64,000 nt of DNA. It comes from an uncultured bacterium (GTDB lineage: Bacteria > Verrucomicrobiota > Verrucomicrobiia > Limisphaerales > UBA8199). Location of the stretch: positions 800,001-864,000 of the forward strand of contig CAVVMW010000023.1 in assembly GCA_963749495.1 (NCBI GenBank). The letters are read 5' to 3'. Numbering within the stretch: position 1 is the first letter of the stretch; every line of letters begins with the position of its first letter. The position numbers were made by a program, and so were the translations under genes. The notes beneath the pieces were generated by a model. That model searched no databases. It worked only from the letters and a program-made list of their open reading frames with translations, and was not told the DNA's origin. Positions 1 to 9,525 of the stretch are shown in pieces.

Positions 1-1239
1 TCGATGTATTACTGGCAGGGCGAAGAGAATGAGGAGCAAGCTCTAAAAGATCTCAAGGCGCAGGGAGAGGACATCTCCCAAGTCGAAATGATCCGGCGGG
101 CCGACGTTGAGCGGCAATTCCCGAAATGGGTAATCGGCTTGGAAAAGGAACCGGCCAAACCGCCCGCCCGGTTGCGCCAACTGCCCTTCCACGGGGCGGT
201 AACGAGGCTGACCGCCTTTCGACGCGATCAGTTCCCGGAGAATTGGATCGAGAGCCGCAGCCTCCCCATCGTTTACATCCCCTGGGAAGGCACGGTCTTG
301 GCCCAGGCGACAGACGAGCACTTCGAGGCGCTCAATCAGGAATACGAAACCGCCCAGTGGGTGTTCCGGTTCAACCCGCGCTCCCTGGAATCGTTCGAGC
401 TGGCCTGGACACAATTCGAACTTTACCTCGAGGTTCTCCATGCAGTGGAAGACGTGCTTGACGGTCTGCTGGGCGCTGCCGAACCCCGCCCGGTGACCAT
501 CGGCGTCCCCAAGGAGGAGCCCAGCGAACTGTCCGCAACGCACGCGTTGCTCCTTTACAGCGGCGGGAGCAACAGTAGCAGGGCCATTGTGACCACGCAC
601 TCCATCGCCAGGGCACCCGGACGTTACGTGCTCCTACCCGGAAAACCGGCCAGCGCCGCAGCCTTGTTCCAGTTGCTGGCCCGGTTCAATCCCAATATTG
701 CGTACCAGGGGATTCTGCCTGAAAACCTGCTGCGGCACACGCCCGCTGAACTGTTGTGGCACTGCCCGAGCCGGATCGAGCCAATCTTTTTCAAAACAAA
801 CCAGGAGGAACTCAACGCCATCAGCGGCGCCCGCGTGGTCCACCCGCACCTGGCGTTTTATGTAAATCAAGGCAGCCTCTTTGTTGCCGCCCTGCCGGAC
901 GACCAGCGCCCGAGCCTGCAAACAAAGCTCTTCCGCGCGCCCTATTTCAACGTCAGCCCGGAAGGCAGAGTATGCCAGGGAAGCATGAAAGGCCCGCGCG
1001 AAAACCGGCCCGAGAGTCTGCCCCAGTGGGAGCACGCCTTTTTTCACTCGGCCTTCACGCATCCCCATGGGGGCGCCTATCGCATCACGTCACACCCAGA
1101 CGGTCATGCGGCGCTCTGGCTGGCGCAGGCAAAGAAGCCGTATCCGAAATTCCCGATCCAGCACCTGGTGCCACTCGAGATGACCTTGGGCGATTGGTTA
1201 AAAGACTGTGCCGAATTCAAGTCTGGTTGGCGCCCGTGA
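1..1239 (+). CDS. PRTRC system protein B (prokaryotic E2 family D), in frame with an upstream PRTRC protein F-like segment; 5' truncated
   Basis: C-terminal half has the motifs LFRAPYFNV..GRVCQGS and WEHAFFHSAFTHP. N-terminal YYWQGEENE resembles PRTRC F. The stop overlaps the ThiF start (GTGA 1236-1239). Confidence 0.8.
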   Translation, partial: SMYYWQGEENEEQALKDLKAQGEDISQVEMIRRADVERQFPKWVIGLEKEPAKPPARLRQLPFHGAVTRLTAFRRDQFPENWIESRSLPIVYIPWEGTVLAQATDEHFEALNQEYETAQWVFRFNPRSLESFELAWTQFELYLEVLHAVEDVLDGLLGAAEPRPVTIGVPKEEPSELSATHALLLYSGGSNSSRAIVTTHSIARAPGRYVLLPGKPASAAALFQLLARFNPNIAYQGILPENLLRHTPAELLWHCPSRIEPIFFKTNQEELNAISGARVVHPHLAFYVNQGSLFVAALPDDQRPSLQTKLFRAPYFNVSPEGRVCQGSMKGPRENRPESLPQWEHAFFHSAFTHPHGGAYRITSHPDGHAALWLAQAKKPYPKFPIQHLVPLEMTLGDWLKDCAEFKSGWRP

Positions 1240-2024
1240 GCAGTTTCGTCCACAAACTCCCGGCCCAATGGCATTCGCGCGCCGTGCATATCAACGTCGC
1301 CGGCTGCGGTGGAAGCGGCTGCCATCTGCTCATGGGGTTGGCGCAGCTCCAGAAAGCTCTACGGGGGTTGGGGCATCCGGGCCTGGAAGTCACAGCGTTC
1401 GATCCGGACACCGTTTCCGAGGCCAACCTCGGCCGCCAATTGTTCACCGAGGCGGATATTGGCCAGAACAAAGCCCTCACCCTGATTCACCGGCTGAACA
1501 TCGCCTTTGGCCTGGATTGGTCTGCCATCCCGCTGGAATACCGGCCATACCAAAGAACCCCGGACCTGCTCATCTCGGGCGTGGATTCCAAACAGGCCCG
1601 CGCCAGCATCTATGAGCGGATCCGGGACGGTCGGGCGGACTACTGGATGGATCTCGGCAACGGGGCCGATTACGGCCAGGTCGTGCTCGGCCAGGTCGGC
1701 CCATCGAAGAAACGTTTGGCCAATGTCGCCGAGCTGTACCCGGAGATGCTGGAAGGGTACGAAAACGACGAGCCGTCCTGTAGCCTCACCGAAGCGCTCA
1801 ACCACCAGGAGCTGTTCGTCAACCGCGCGCTCACGGCCTTCGCGCTTCATTTGGTCTGGACGATGTTCCGGCGAGGCGAAATCCGGGTAGCGGGCTGCTT
1901 CCTCAACCTCAAAGAAATGACGACCGTTCCGCTACCGCTGAAGCGACCAAAACCACCAGGCAGGCATAGAGCCGGAGGCGAGCGTCTAAACCAGGGGTGC
2001 AAGGTCCCCATTCGACGGGATTGA
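1236..2024 (+). CDS. PRTRC system ThiF (E1-like) family protein
   Basis: VAGCGGSG nucleotide-binding loop, FDPDTVSEANLGRQLF, WMDLGN..GQVVLG, PSCSLTEAL..QELFVN; coupled to PRTRC B. Confidence 0.9.
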   Translation: MSSFVHKLPAQWHSRAVHINVAGCGGSGCHLLMGLAQLQKALRGLGHPGLEVTAFDPDTVSEANLGRQLFTEADIGQNKALTLIHRLNIAFGLDWSAIPLEYRPYQRTPDLLISGVDSKQARASIYERIRDGRADYWMDLGNGADYGQVVLGQVGPSKKRLANVAELYPEMLEGYENDEPSCSLTEALNHQELFVNRALTAFALHLVWTMFRRGEIRVAGCFLNLKEMTTVPLPLKRPKPPGRHRAGGERLNQGCKVPIRRD

Positions 2025-2511
2025 GAGCGTGTCGGTTTTTGCTCGGTGGAAGACGCCCGATGACTCCGCGGGAGTCGTGGCAGTTAGGGCAGCGCTGCGG
2101 AAAGCGTCCCGGGAGGAAGCGTCGAGCCTGTGCCCTTCGACAGGATTGCCATGGAACTCGTGGTGATACCAAGGGTAGTTCACCCTGGAAGTACCGTGAA
2201 TCAGCCTCCTCCTCGACCTGGCACATCGCCAGGCGCAGCAACCGTCGGCAGGCTCCCATGATTCCAGTCCCGACCGTTTTGCTGGCGGGTGGTTGGTTTT
2301 CATGGACGGATTGCCGCAGAGGGGGTTGGCAGTCCAAGGCGAAAAAATCCTGTGACTTTTTGAAGGAGGTTGGGAGCAGAAACCGGTCGGCTGGAATTCA
2401 GTGTGCCCAAGCGGTTTACGAGGCAGGCGAAGGCCACGCAAACCACATGAACCCCGGTCTGACGAAATCCAGGCTCGACAGCCGGCAGTTCCTGGTAGAG
2501 GAATTGACCAA

Positions 2512-2817
2512 ATGAACGCGATAATTGATTTGTGCATTGTCCCGATTGGCGTGGGCGTATCCCTGTCCCCCTACGTGGCGGCCTGTGAGAAGGCCTTGAA
2601 GGAGGCGGGGCTGAAGACGGCGCTGCATGCTTACGGGACCAACATTGAAGGAGACTGGGACGAGGTGTTTGCTGCGGTCAAACGGTGCCACGAAGTGGTT
2701 CACCAAATGGGCGCACCACGAATTTCCACCACCATCAAACTGGGGACACGAACTGACCGTGCTCAGACGCTGGAGGAGAAGGTCAGGAGCGTGGAGACCA
2801 AATTAGCCGGCCTGTAA
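2512..2817 (+). CDS. MTH1187/YqgV-family thiamine-binding protein
   Basis: DLCIVPIGVGVSLSPYV, LHAYGTNIEGDWDEV, RISTTIKLGTRTD; typical ~100 aa size. Confidence 0.9.
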   Translation: MNAIIDLCIVPIGVGVSLSPYVAACEKALKEAGLKTALHAYGTNIEGDWDEVFAAVKRCHEVVHQMGAPRISTTIKLGTRTDRAQTLEEKVRSVETKLAGL

Positions 2818-2960
2818 CACCATCAGCGCGGCCGGATTTCTGGCGACGACATGAGAATCTGCGCACGCTGCGAGGACCCTTGTCAACGGTAGTTCGACCT
2901 CAGAAGCAAGGCTTTTCATTCGGACTTTTCATGCGGAAATGCAATCGCTAATAATTGGGC

Positions 2961-3767
2961 ATGGAACGACGCGCATTCATAAAGGACACCGCTTTGGCAG
3001 CCGGCCTTGTGGCGGCCATGCCCTGGTCGAACCTCGCCCGGTCTGCGGAGAACTCTGATGCCCCGGTGTGGGACCTACATGTTCACATGGCGCCAGGCTT
3101 TTCGATTGAACAGATCCTGGAATTGGCCCGGCAGCGCAAGGTTCGCTTCGGTATCCTGGAGCATCCCGCCCCCGGACCGATCAAGAACGACGCCGACCTG
3201 AGGCGCTATATCGAGCGCCTGCGTCAGTACCCGGTCCGGATCGGGCTGCAACCGGTGCACCTGGGATGGTCCAGGAACTTCTCTCCCGAAGTCCTGGCCC
3301 AGCTTGATTATGTGCTGATGGATCCGCAGACCATCCCGCTGGGAAACGGCGAATTCATGCACATTTGGGAATTCAGCACCTACGTGGAAGACACGGAAGA
3401 ATTCATGGAGAAATACATGGCTTACAGCCTGGAAATCCTCCGAAACGAGCCGATCAACATCTTCGGCTGGCCGCTGTTCCTGCCGGTTTGCATCGCGCGC
3501 GACTACTACACCTTGTGGACCGACGACCGCATGCAGCAGCTCATTGCCGCTGCCAAGAGGCGAAACATCGCCTTTGAGATCAACGACATGGCGCACACGC
3601 CGCACGAGAAGTTCATCAGGATGGCCAAAGAGCAGGGCCTGAAGTTCACGTTCGGTTCCGACTCCCGCAACAACAACGCCGGCCGCCTGGCCTACTGCAA
3701 ACGAATCGCCGCAAAGTGCGAATTAAAGCCGGACGACTTTTACCTCCCGGCACACAAGACAGCGTAA
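2961..3767 (+). CDS. Tat-exported PHP/amidohydrolase-fold protein
   Basis: MERRAFIK twin-arginine signal; DLHVH, ILEH, AFEIN, FTFGSDSR motifs of the PHP fold. Confidence 0.7.
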   Translation: MERRAFIKDTALAAGLVAAMPWSNLARSAENSDAPVWDLHVHMAPGFSIEQILELARQRKVRFGILEHPAPGPIKNDADLRRYIERLRQYPVRIGLQPVHLGWSRNFSPEVLAQLDYVLMDPQTIPLGNGEFMHIWEFSTYVEDTEEFMEKYMAYSLEILRNEPINIFGWPLFLPVCIARDYYTLWTDDRMQQLIAAAKRRNIAFEINDMAHTPHEKFIRMAKEQGLKFTFGSDSRNNNAGRLAYCKRIAAKCELKPDDFYLPAHKTA

Positions 3768-3768
3768 G

Positions 3769-3910
3769 TTTGACCCGGACGAATTGGCGCTGCGTGGATT
3801 TGGCCTGTACGAGCGATTCCGGCCTCGAATTCCAGAGGGTGAGAGGCGATGGGGAGGAAAGGGGGAACTGGATCTCGACGGCATACGGGAGATGGCTCTG
3901 CAAATAAATG
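3769..3910 (+). pseudogene. C-terminal remnant of a conserved hypothetical protein
   Basis: Reads FDPDELALRGFGLYERFRPRIPEG..WGGKGELDL with no start, directly after the PHP stop. Confidence 0.45.
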
Positions 3911-4032
3911 AGGCTCCGAGGCGCTGGACCGGTGAGCTTCGAACAGGGCCTTGGCCAGCCCGTTTCCCGTTTCCGTTTCCCAGGGACCCTATTGAGCGGG
4001 AAACGGGAAACACCGACACGACCTGAAAAATG

Positions 4033-4061
4033 AAAAGGGCGGAGGATGTCAACCCTCCGCC
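4033..4061 (-). terminator. Intrinsic terminator after the RRM gene
   Basis: Stem GGCGGAGG (4038-4045) / CCTCCGCC (4054-4061) with adjacent A-runs (U-tract on the minus strand). Confidence 0.55.
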
Positions 4062-4087
4062 GGATCAAACTCGTTCAGATTCCGGCA

Positions 4088-4411
4088 TCAGTAACGGTCT
4101 CGACCACCGCCACGCCCACGACCGCCGTAACCACCACGCCCTCCGCCACCGCCCGAACGTTCCTCCTTGGGCCTGGCGATATTGACGGTGATCGCCCGGC
4201 CACCCAGGTCTTTGCCATTTAGCCCATCGATGGCCTTCTGCGCTTCCTCCGGCGTGCTCATGGTGACGAAGGCGAACCCACGAGGACGGCCGGAGGCACG
4301 ATCCATCATCAGGTTGGCTTCCTCGACCGTGCCGAACACCGCAAAGGCGTCCTGCAGGTCATTTTCAGTGGTGTTGAACGAAAGGTCCCCCACAAACAAT
4401 TTGGTACTCAT
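4088..4411 (-). CDS. RRM RNA-binding protein with Gly/Arg-rich tail
   Basis: RNP2 KLFVGDL, RNP1 RGFAFVTM, ITVNIARP, GGRGGY tail. Confidence 0.95.
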   Translation of the reverse strand: MSTKLFVGDLSFNTTENDLQDAFAVFGTVEEANLMMDRASGRPRGFAFVTMSTPEEAQKAIDGLNGKDLGGRAITVNIARPKEERSGGGGGRGGYGGRGRGGGRDRY

Positions 4412-4572
4412 CTGGTTTGTGTATTGTCCTGGACAGCTCTGCGCTGGCCACAATGTTCTCGCCCGCCGGGTCTCAAATCGTCTCTGCTGACAACGAAAAC
4501 GGCGACAGACCTGAATCCTCCGCCGGTTCGGTGAAAAGCCTGTGAATACCCTGCAAACAACCCTGCGAACAA

Positions 4573-4860
4573 CTACTTGGCGCCCAAAATCGCGTCTTTG
4601 GCGGCCTTGGCAACCCGGAACTTGACCACGCGCTTTGCCGGGATCTGGATCTGCTCCCCGGTGGCTGGATTTCTCCCCATCCGGGCTTTGCGATTGACCA
4701 GGACCAGTTTGCCCAGTCCAGGAATCGTGAAGGAATTCTTGGCGTTTTTGTACGCAAGGGCCACAAGGGCTTCGACGGTTTGGACGGCCTGCTTTTTCGT
4801 GAGGCCGGTCGTTTCCGCTATTGACGCGGTAATTTGAGATTTGGTCAGTGCTTTTGCCAT
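4573..4860 (-). CDS. hup: HU family DNA-binding protein
   Basis: TKSQI N-terminus, IPGLGKL, ARMGRNPATGEQIQIPAKRVVKF. Confidence 0.95.
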   Translation of the reverse strand: MAKALTKSQITASIAETTGLTKKQAVQTVEALVALAYKNAKNSFTIPGLGKLVLVNRKARMGRNPATGEQIQIPAKRVVKFRVAKAAKDAILGAK

Positions 4861-5168
4861 AGGGCGGAATGAAAGAGGGAAAGGGTGGGCGGGGCAAGCC
4901 GAAATGGATCAGGAAAGCACCAACGAGAAGAGGTGCAGGGAGGGAGAAAACGAACGGTTCAATAAGGCTCAATTGCGATAATGCACTGCCAAAAGAAGAA
5001 TTCCGGTTTTATGGATCTGATGCTGCCATTTGATACTCGGAGGCCCAAAACGGGTCTTTTCAGGGGCTCAGCAGGGCCAGACCTCAAACTGGTGAACATG
5101 CGAAGGAGGCCGGTAAATGCGAGCGGATCCTCGCTTGTCCCCGTCAGGGGCGGAACCCGGTTCGGGAG

Positions 5169-5205
5169 TTTCAGTCCTCTGCTCAACCAACCGAGCTACC
5201 CAGCC
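5169..5205 (-). tRNA. 5' half of tRNA-Phe(GAA); non-functional fragment
   Basis: Minus strand GGCTGGG-TA-GCTC-GGTTGGTT-GAGC-A-GAGGA-CTGAAA gives the acceptor 5' strand, D-arm and anticodon loop. No valid anticodon 3' stem or T-arm follows. Confidence 0.75.
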
Positions 5206-5283
5206 GGCCCGTGAAAAGAGGCGTTTGCCGACGGCGAGACAGTGGCCGATGCGGGGGCGGCTCGGCAAGTCCCCCAATGGAAT

Positions 5284-8150
5284 TCACCTAAAGCGGACCT
5301 CGTAATAAAGCGCGCGGTTGCGGGCACCGTCGATGGTGAAACGGCCCTCGGGGGCGGGCAGCGAATTGCCTGTGCGGCGACCGTTGTGATCCAGCACGTT
5401 CACTGCGGCGACGCTGCGGCCGAAGATCGCGACGGTGGCCCTCACCGGCTCGAGGAAGATGGGGTCCTTTCCGTTGTCGAGGGTGTGGCTGTCGAGGGTG
5501 AAATACCTGAAGCCGCTGTTGCAGTTGCGGGCCATGGCACAAAGCAGCGCGGCTCGGGTGTTCGCGAGCGTGGCGTTGCGCTCCAGGGCGGTCAGGAAGA
5601 TCGAGGCAAAAGGGCAGCCGAGACGGATGGTGACCTCGCCCAACCGCAGTTCCTTGCCCCTGGCGAACCCGACGACCCCTTTGGTGCCGGGCGTGTTCAC
5701 GGTGAAGAAGCCCTGGCCCGAGGTGTCCCAGGCAAGCTGCCCGGTGCTTGAGGCGATGACGCCGCCGGTCCGGAACCTCGATAGATCCGGCAAAGCCGAG
5801 GGCTGCGGGTGGTCGGTGAACTCGACCAGGACTCGACCGGCGGCCAGGGCCTCCTGGGGCACGCTGCCGCCGAAAGACTTGATGTCCCCTGCCTGCGTCA
5901 CCGTATCGGAGAAAGCGAACTGGCATGTGGCCAACTCCTCCGGGCTGAGGCGGCGTGTCGAAATGACCTCGCCCTCGCGCACGTCCCCGCGGTAGAGCAT
6001 TCGGGCCAGGACGGGATATTGGCCGAGTTGGGTCGGCACGTCGGCTTCCCACACGCCCCAGGGCGGCCAGCCAACGCGGTCGCTGAAGAGGCGGGGAGCA
6101 GCCTGGGCCTGGAATTCATAACTGGCGTCCCAGCCCTGCAGGCCCATCCCGTACGCGGCTACGATGGCCGGGCCCTCGGCGCTGTAAAGGGAAGGATAGA
6201 CGTGAATCCATTCACTCAATCAGAAGGGCCGGTTGGCCACCTGCTGCAAGCCGGAGGAAAAGTAGCCGCTGCCCGGATGGGCCAGCATGGAGTCGAACAA
6301 ACCCCCGCCGAAGTAGTTATGCCGGTCCACGTAACCGACCAAGGCGTCGGAGCGCAGGTTGCAGTAGTGCGGCAGCATCGCCGGCGCCTGCCAAGGCGAG
6401 CCGCAGAGCGGGCCGCGGTAGCCGGCATCGCGAATGGCCCGGGCAAAGCGGGCATAGAACCGATTCTGAATCTCGTGGAGCCAGGCGGCGGCATCCAGCA
6501 GGCGCCGCCGGGCGCCGCCGGATTGGCTGGGCAGATGATCCTGGCCGAAGAACCACGGGTTGGTCTGGGGCTCGATGTTCTTTGCCTCAAGGCTCTCGCC
6601 GGGCTTGAGGGCGCCGGACCAGGCCTGGCGGAGTTTCTCCTGCGTGCCGTACCGGGCCGCGAGCCAGTCGCTGAACCGGGCGGCAAAGTGCTTGCGATAG
6701 CTTGGGCAGGCTGTAAAGGCCCTTTCCGAGGTATAGAAAAAGATGTCGTCCTCGTTCTGCAGCTCGATGAATGAGAGCGCCGGTTCCTGGGCATACGTCA
6801 GGCCGGTGTAAGGGTTGCGGTGGTGGAGCAGGTTGACCACCATCTCGATCATCAGGTCCTGGACGTCCTCGGCGAAGTTGACGAACCCGTAGGTGTTGCC
6901 TTTGAGGTTGCGCTCGATCTCGTCGTAAGCCAGCAGGCGCGCGCGGTTGCCAGGGCAGACGTGGAAGCCGTAGGTGTGCGACCAGCCGAAATAGACACCG
7001 TTGCTCTTGAGCTGCGCCGCGAAATAATCGAGCCGGTCCAGGCCCTCGGGCGTCATTTTGGTCGCGTCGGTTGGGTCGCCGATGCCCATCTGGTCCGCCG
7101 GATAAGTGAATTTGTGCAGGCGCACGCCGTTGACACCGTAGTTGGCGAAACGTGCGGCGGTGAATTCGGCGGCCTTCTTCTCCGGCGCGCAGCCGCTCCC
7201 GTAAGAGAGATTGAGGCCCCAGAACTTCACAGGCGTCTTGTCCTCGAACTCGAAGTGATCGCCGGCCATCCTCACGCCGCCATGAGCGCCCGCGGGCTTG
7301 TCCAACCACTGGTCCATGCTGATGACGCTCGGGCCCGTGTCGTCGGCAGGGGCAAAGGCAAACCAATCCGCGTCCGGCAGCGTCCGGATGAATGGAGCAA
7401 GGTCCGCAGGCTGCGCCGCAAACCCGGCTTCGGAAGGGAACGTGACCTCGAGCGTGTTGGTGCGGGAACCCGCCTTAAAGACCTGCGAGGCCAGCACGAT
7501 GCGCATCTCCCCGTCAAAGGCGATCGGGCAGGGCGGGTCCAGGGCCACGGCGAGGTCCCCTCCTTCTCGAGATGCAGCACCAGGTTCGAGGTCGCCGGCA
7601 GCGCGCCCCGGCCAAAGGGGAGAGCCTGTTCATGGTGTTGTCCGTTGGTCTGGAAGGCAATCAACTTGCCCCGCGCGAAGGTCTTGTCTATGCGAAGGCT
7701 GGCCATGACCAGGGTGATCGGAACGTCTTTGGACGCCTTCAAGCCGTAGCGAAAGGAGACCTGCCGTGGCCCGGTTTTCACAGCCTGGAACCGAATCTCG
7801 ATGACCTCGCCCTTCGCCTGGTTCACGGTAAACGGCACGATCGTGACAAGGCCGTCAGCGGCGGCTATGTCCCTGGAGGAGACGCCGACCCACTGCCAAT
7901 TCGGTCCCCAGCCGCCGAGGCCCAGCCGGCCCACGGGCGCTTGGCCGCCGACGAGGTAAAACTCAAGGGAGTTGTCCGGCGACATGACGGCCGACCAGCG
8001 CTCGACGGGCTGACGCAGCCCTTGGCCTAGCGGGCCTTCGCTGCCGGCCGGTTGTCCTGCCGCGGTTCCGGCAAGCAGGAGCCACAAACGCTCACCCGCA
8101 TCCAATGAAAGAGAGAGGTCATCAACAGGCGACGCAGCACGGCGGGACAT
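5284..8150 (-). pseudogene. Large secreted glycoside hydrolase-like (clan A/GH5-like) gene interrupted by a frameshift (~7550) and an in-frame TGA (6220-6222)
   Basis: Three consecutive ORF pieces. VKFWGLNL, GVNGVRLH, HRNPYTGLTYAQEPAL..IELQNED (acid/base NE), DRHNY, RPF*LSEW (nucleophile region). Confidence 0.7.
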
Positions 8151-8375
8151 TAGGAGGCGGTCCGTAGATTAGTCAAGGCGCGGGTACCGAGGGATAGTTA
8201 TAATAGCTGCCCGCGGCGCGGTTCGGTTCGGGCACGCGCAGGAAATCTGGCGGGTGCTCCGCGCCGCCCCATCAATGCCGCCCTCGGAATTCAGGTGGCG
8301 AAAAATTTGATTCTCCGTGGCGGGAGCGGCTGCTTCTTGGCTGCGCCAAAAAACCGAAGGTCGGCAAGCGCCGTC

Positions 8376-8786
8376 ATGAAAGAAGCCGTCACCATCATCG
8401 TCATCCGCAACGGGCACGCCTACCTGGCTCCGCGCCTGAAGATCTCCGATAATTTCGGAAAGCTCGGCTTCCCTGGGGGCAAGCGTGAGCAGAACGACGT
8501 GGATCCCACCGAGGCGGCAGCGCGCGAGCTTGCTGAAGAAATGGGTCTGGCCGTTTCCGCCGGCGATTTGCGCTGCGTGGGCCAGTCGGAGTTTCGCACT
8601 GAAGATTTTGGGCATTACCGAACGACGGCCTACGTCCTGCGCCTGCGCGACGGGCTGCAACCCAGGAACATGGAACCCTCAAAGCACGGGCCGTGGATCC
8701 CAATTCCTATTCCTGAGATTCATGACATGCCTGACGACAAGTTGCTGCCGGGCACAAAGGAGTTCCTCAAAGCGGCTGTGGCCTGA
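8376..8786 (+). CDS. NUDIX hydrolase
   Basis: Nudix box FPGGKRE....PTEAAARELAEEMGL; NMEPSKH resembles the MutT/NUDT15-type C-terminal motif. Confidence 0.9.
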   Translation: MKEAVTIIVIRNGHAYLAPRLKISDNFGKLGFPGGKREQNDVDPTEAAARELAEEMGLAVSAGDLRCVGQSEFRTEDFGHYRTTAYVLRLRDGLQPRNMEPSKHGPWIPIPIPEIHDMPDDKLLPGTKEFLKAAVA

Positions 8787-8792
8787 AAGCGC

Positions 8793-9311
8793 ATGAGCGC
8801 CCAGCAGATGTTTACCGTTTCTGAAGCAAGCCTGAAACTGGGGACGACCACCATTTATCGCCGCCCCGGTGTTGTCACCCGGGTGACGCCGGTTCACCTG
8901 GCGCAGCCTTACTGCGGGTTCCCTGCCGGAACCCTGTTGGGCCGGGTCCAAACCCGCACGCAAGGGAAGCTTCCTCAGGCTTCAGCCACTTTCTCCGAAA
9001 GCAGTGGCGCGGTCCTGGGGCACGATTACCACTGGCTTGTCCGCATGTTCAAAGAGGGGCCCTGTGGTGGTAGGCAAGCCCGGCTTGATCGGATCAACCC
9101 GGGGAGTCAATACCGGGTGGCGCGAACGTTTGGTTTTCTGGGGCACCAACCGTGTGTTTACGAAGAGGGGGATGAGCTCACCGTGCAGCAGTCTGGGGAT
9201 CCAATTGCCACGCTGGTCCGACGAAAGGGAAAGGGCCAATATACCGTCTCGTGGCCGCGCACAGCATTCGAGAGCTGCGTGGACACGTTCGCTCTCCGCG
9301 AGATCTCATAG
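8793..9311 (+). CDS. Hypothetical protein
   Basis: 172 aa ORF tightly packed 6 nt after NUDIX on the same strand. Confidence 0.6.
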   Translation: MSAQQMFTVSEASLKLGTTTIYRRPGVVTRVTPVHLAQPYCGFPAGTLLGRVQTRTQGKLPQASATFSESSGAVLGHDYHWLVRMFKEGPCGGRQARLDRINPGSQYRVARTFGFLGHQPCVYEEGDELTVQQSGDPIATLVRRKGKGQYTVSWPRTAFESCVDTFALREIS

Positions 9312-9313
9312 CA

Positions 9314-9490
9314 ATGAACACCAAGGCCTTCAATCTGGGGAAAATCCGCGAAACGCTCAAAAACAGCAAGGAACCGTGTCCCTGGCAGCGACTCGTCAAC
9401 CTGGGCTACGGAGAATGTCAGAAGCCTGAGAACCGCAATTGGGGCTACGGCGGAGTGGTTGAGCGGGCCGGGCACATCTACGGAGAATAA
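9314..9490 (+). CDS. Small hypothetical protein (58 aa)
   Basis: ATG 2 nt after the previous stop; fills the operon gap. Confidence 0.45.
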   Translation: MNTKAFNLGKIRETLKNSKEPCPWQRLVNLGYGECQKPENRNWGYGGVVERAGHIYGE

Positions 9491-9525
9491 CGCATATCAG
9501 CCAGATTTTGCCCAAACACAATCGC

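Noticed and set aside
3960..4012. GTTTCCC/GGGAAAC inverted repeats as a mobile-element end
   Set aside because: A single hairpin between convergent genes; best explained as a terminator or REP-like structure.
4870..5168. Group I intron interrupting tRNA-Phe
   Set aside because: No 3' exon found downstream and no recognisable intron core elements.
6220..6222. In-frame TGA (RPF*LSEW) as recoding (Gly/Trp/Sec readthrough)
   Set aside because: TGA is the normal stop of many genes here and the same gene also has a frameshift; a point mutation or sequencing error is simpler.
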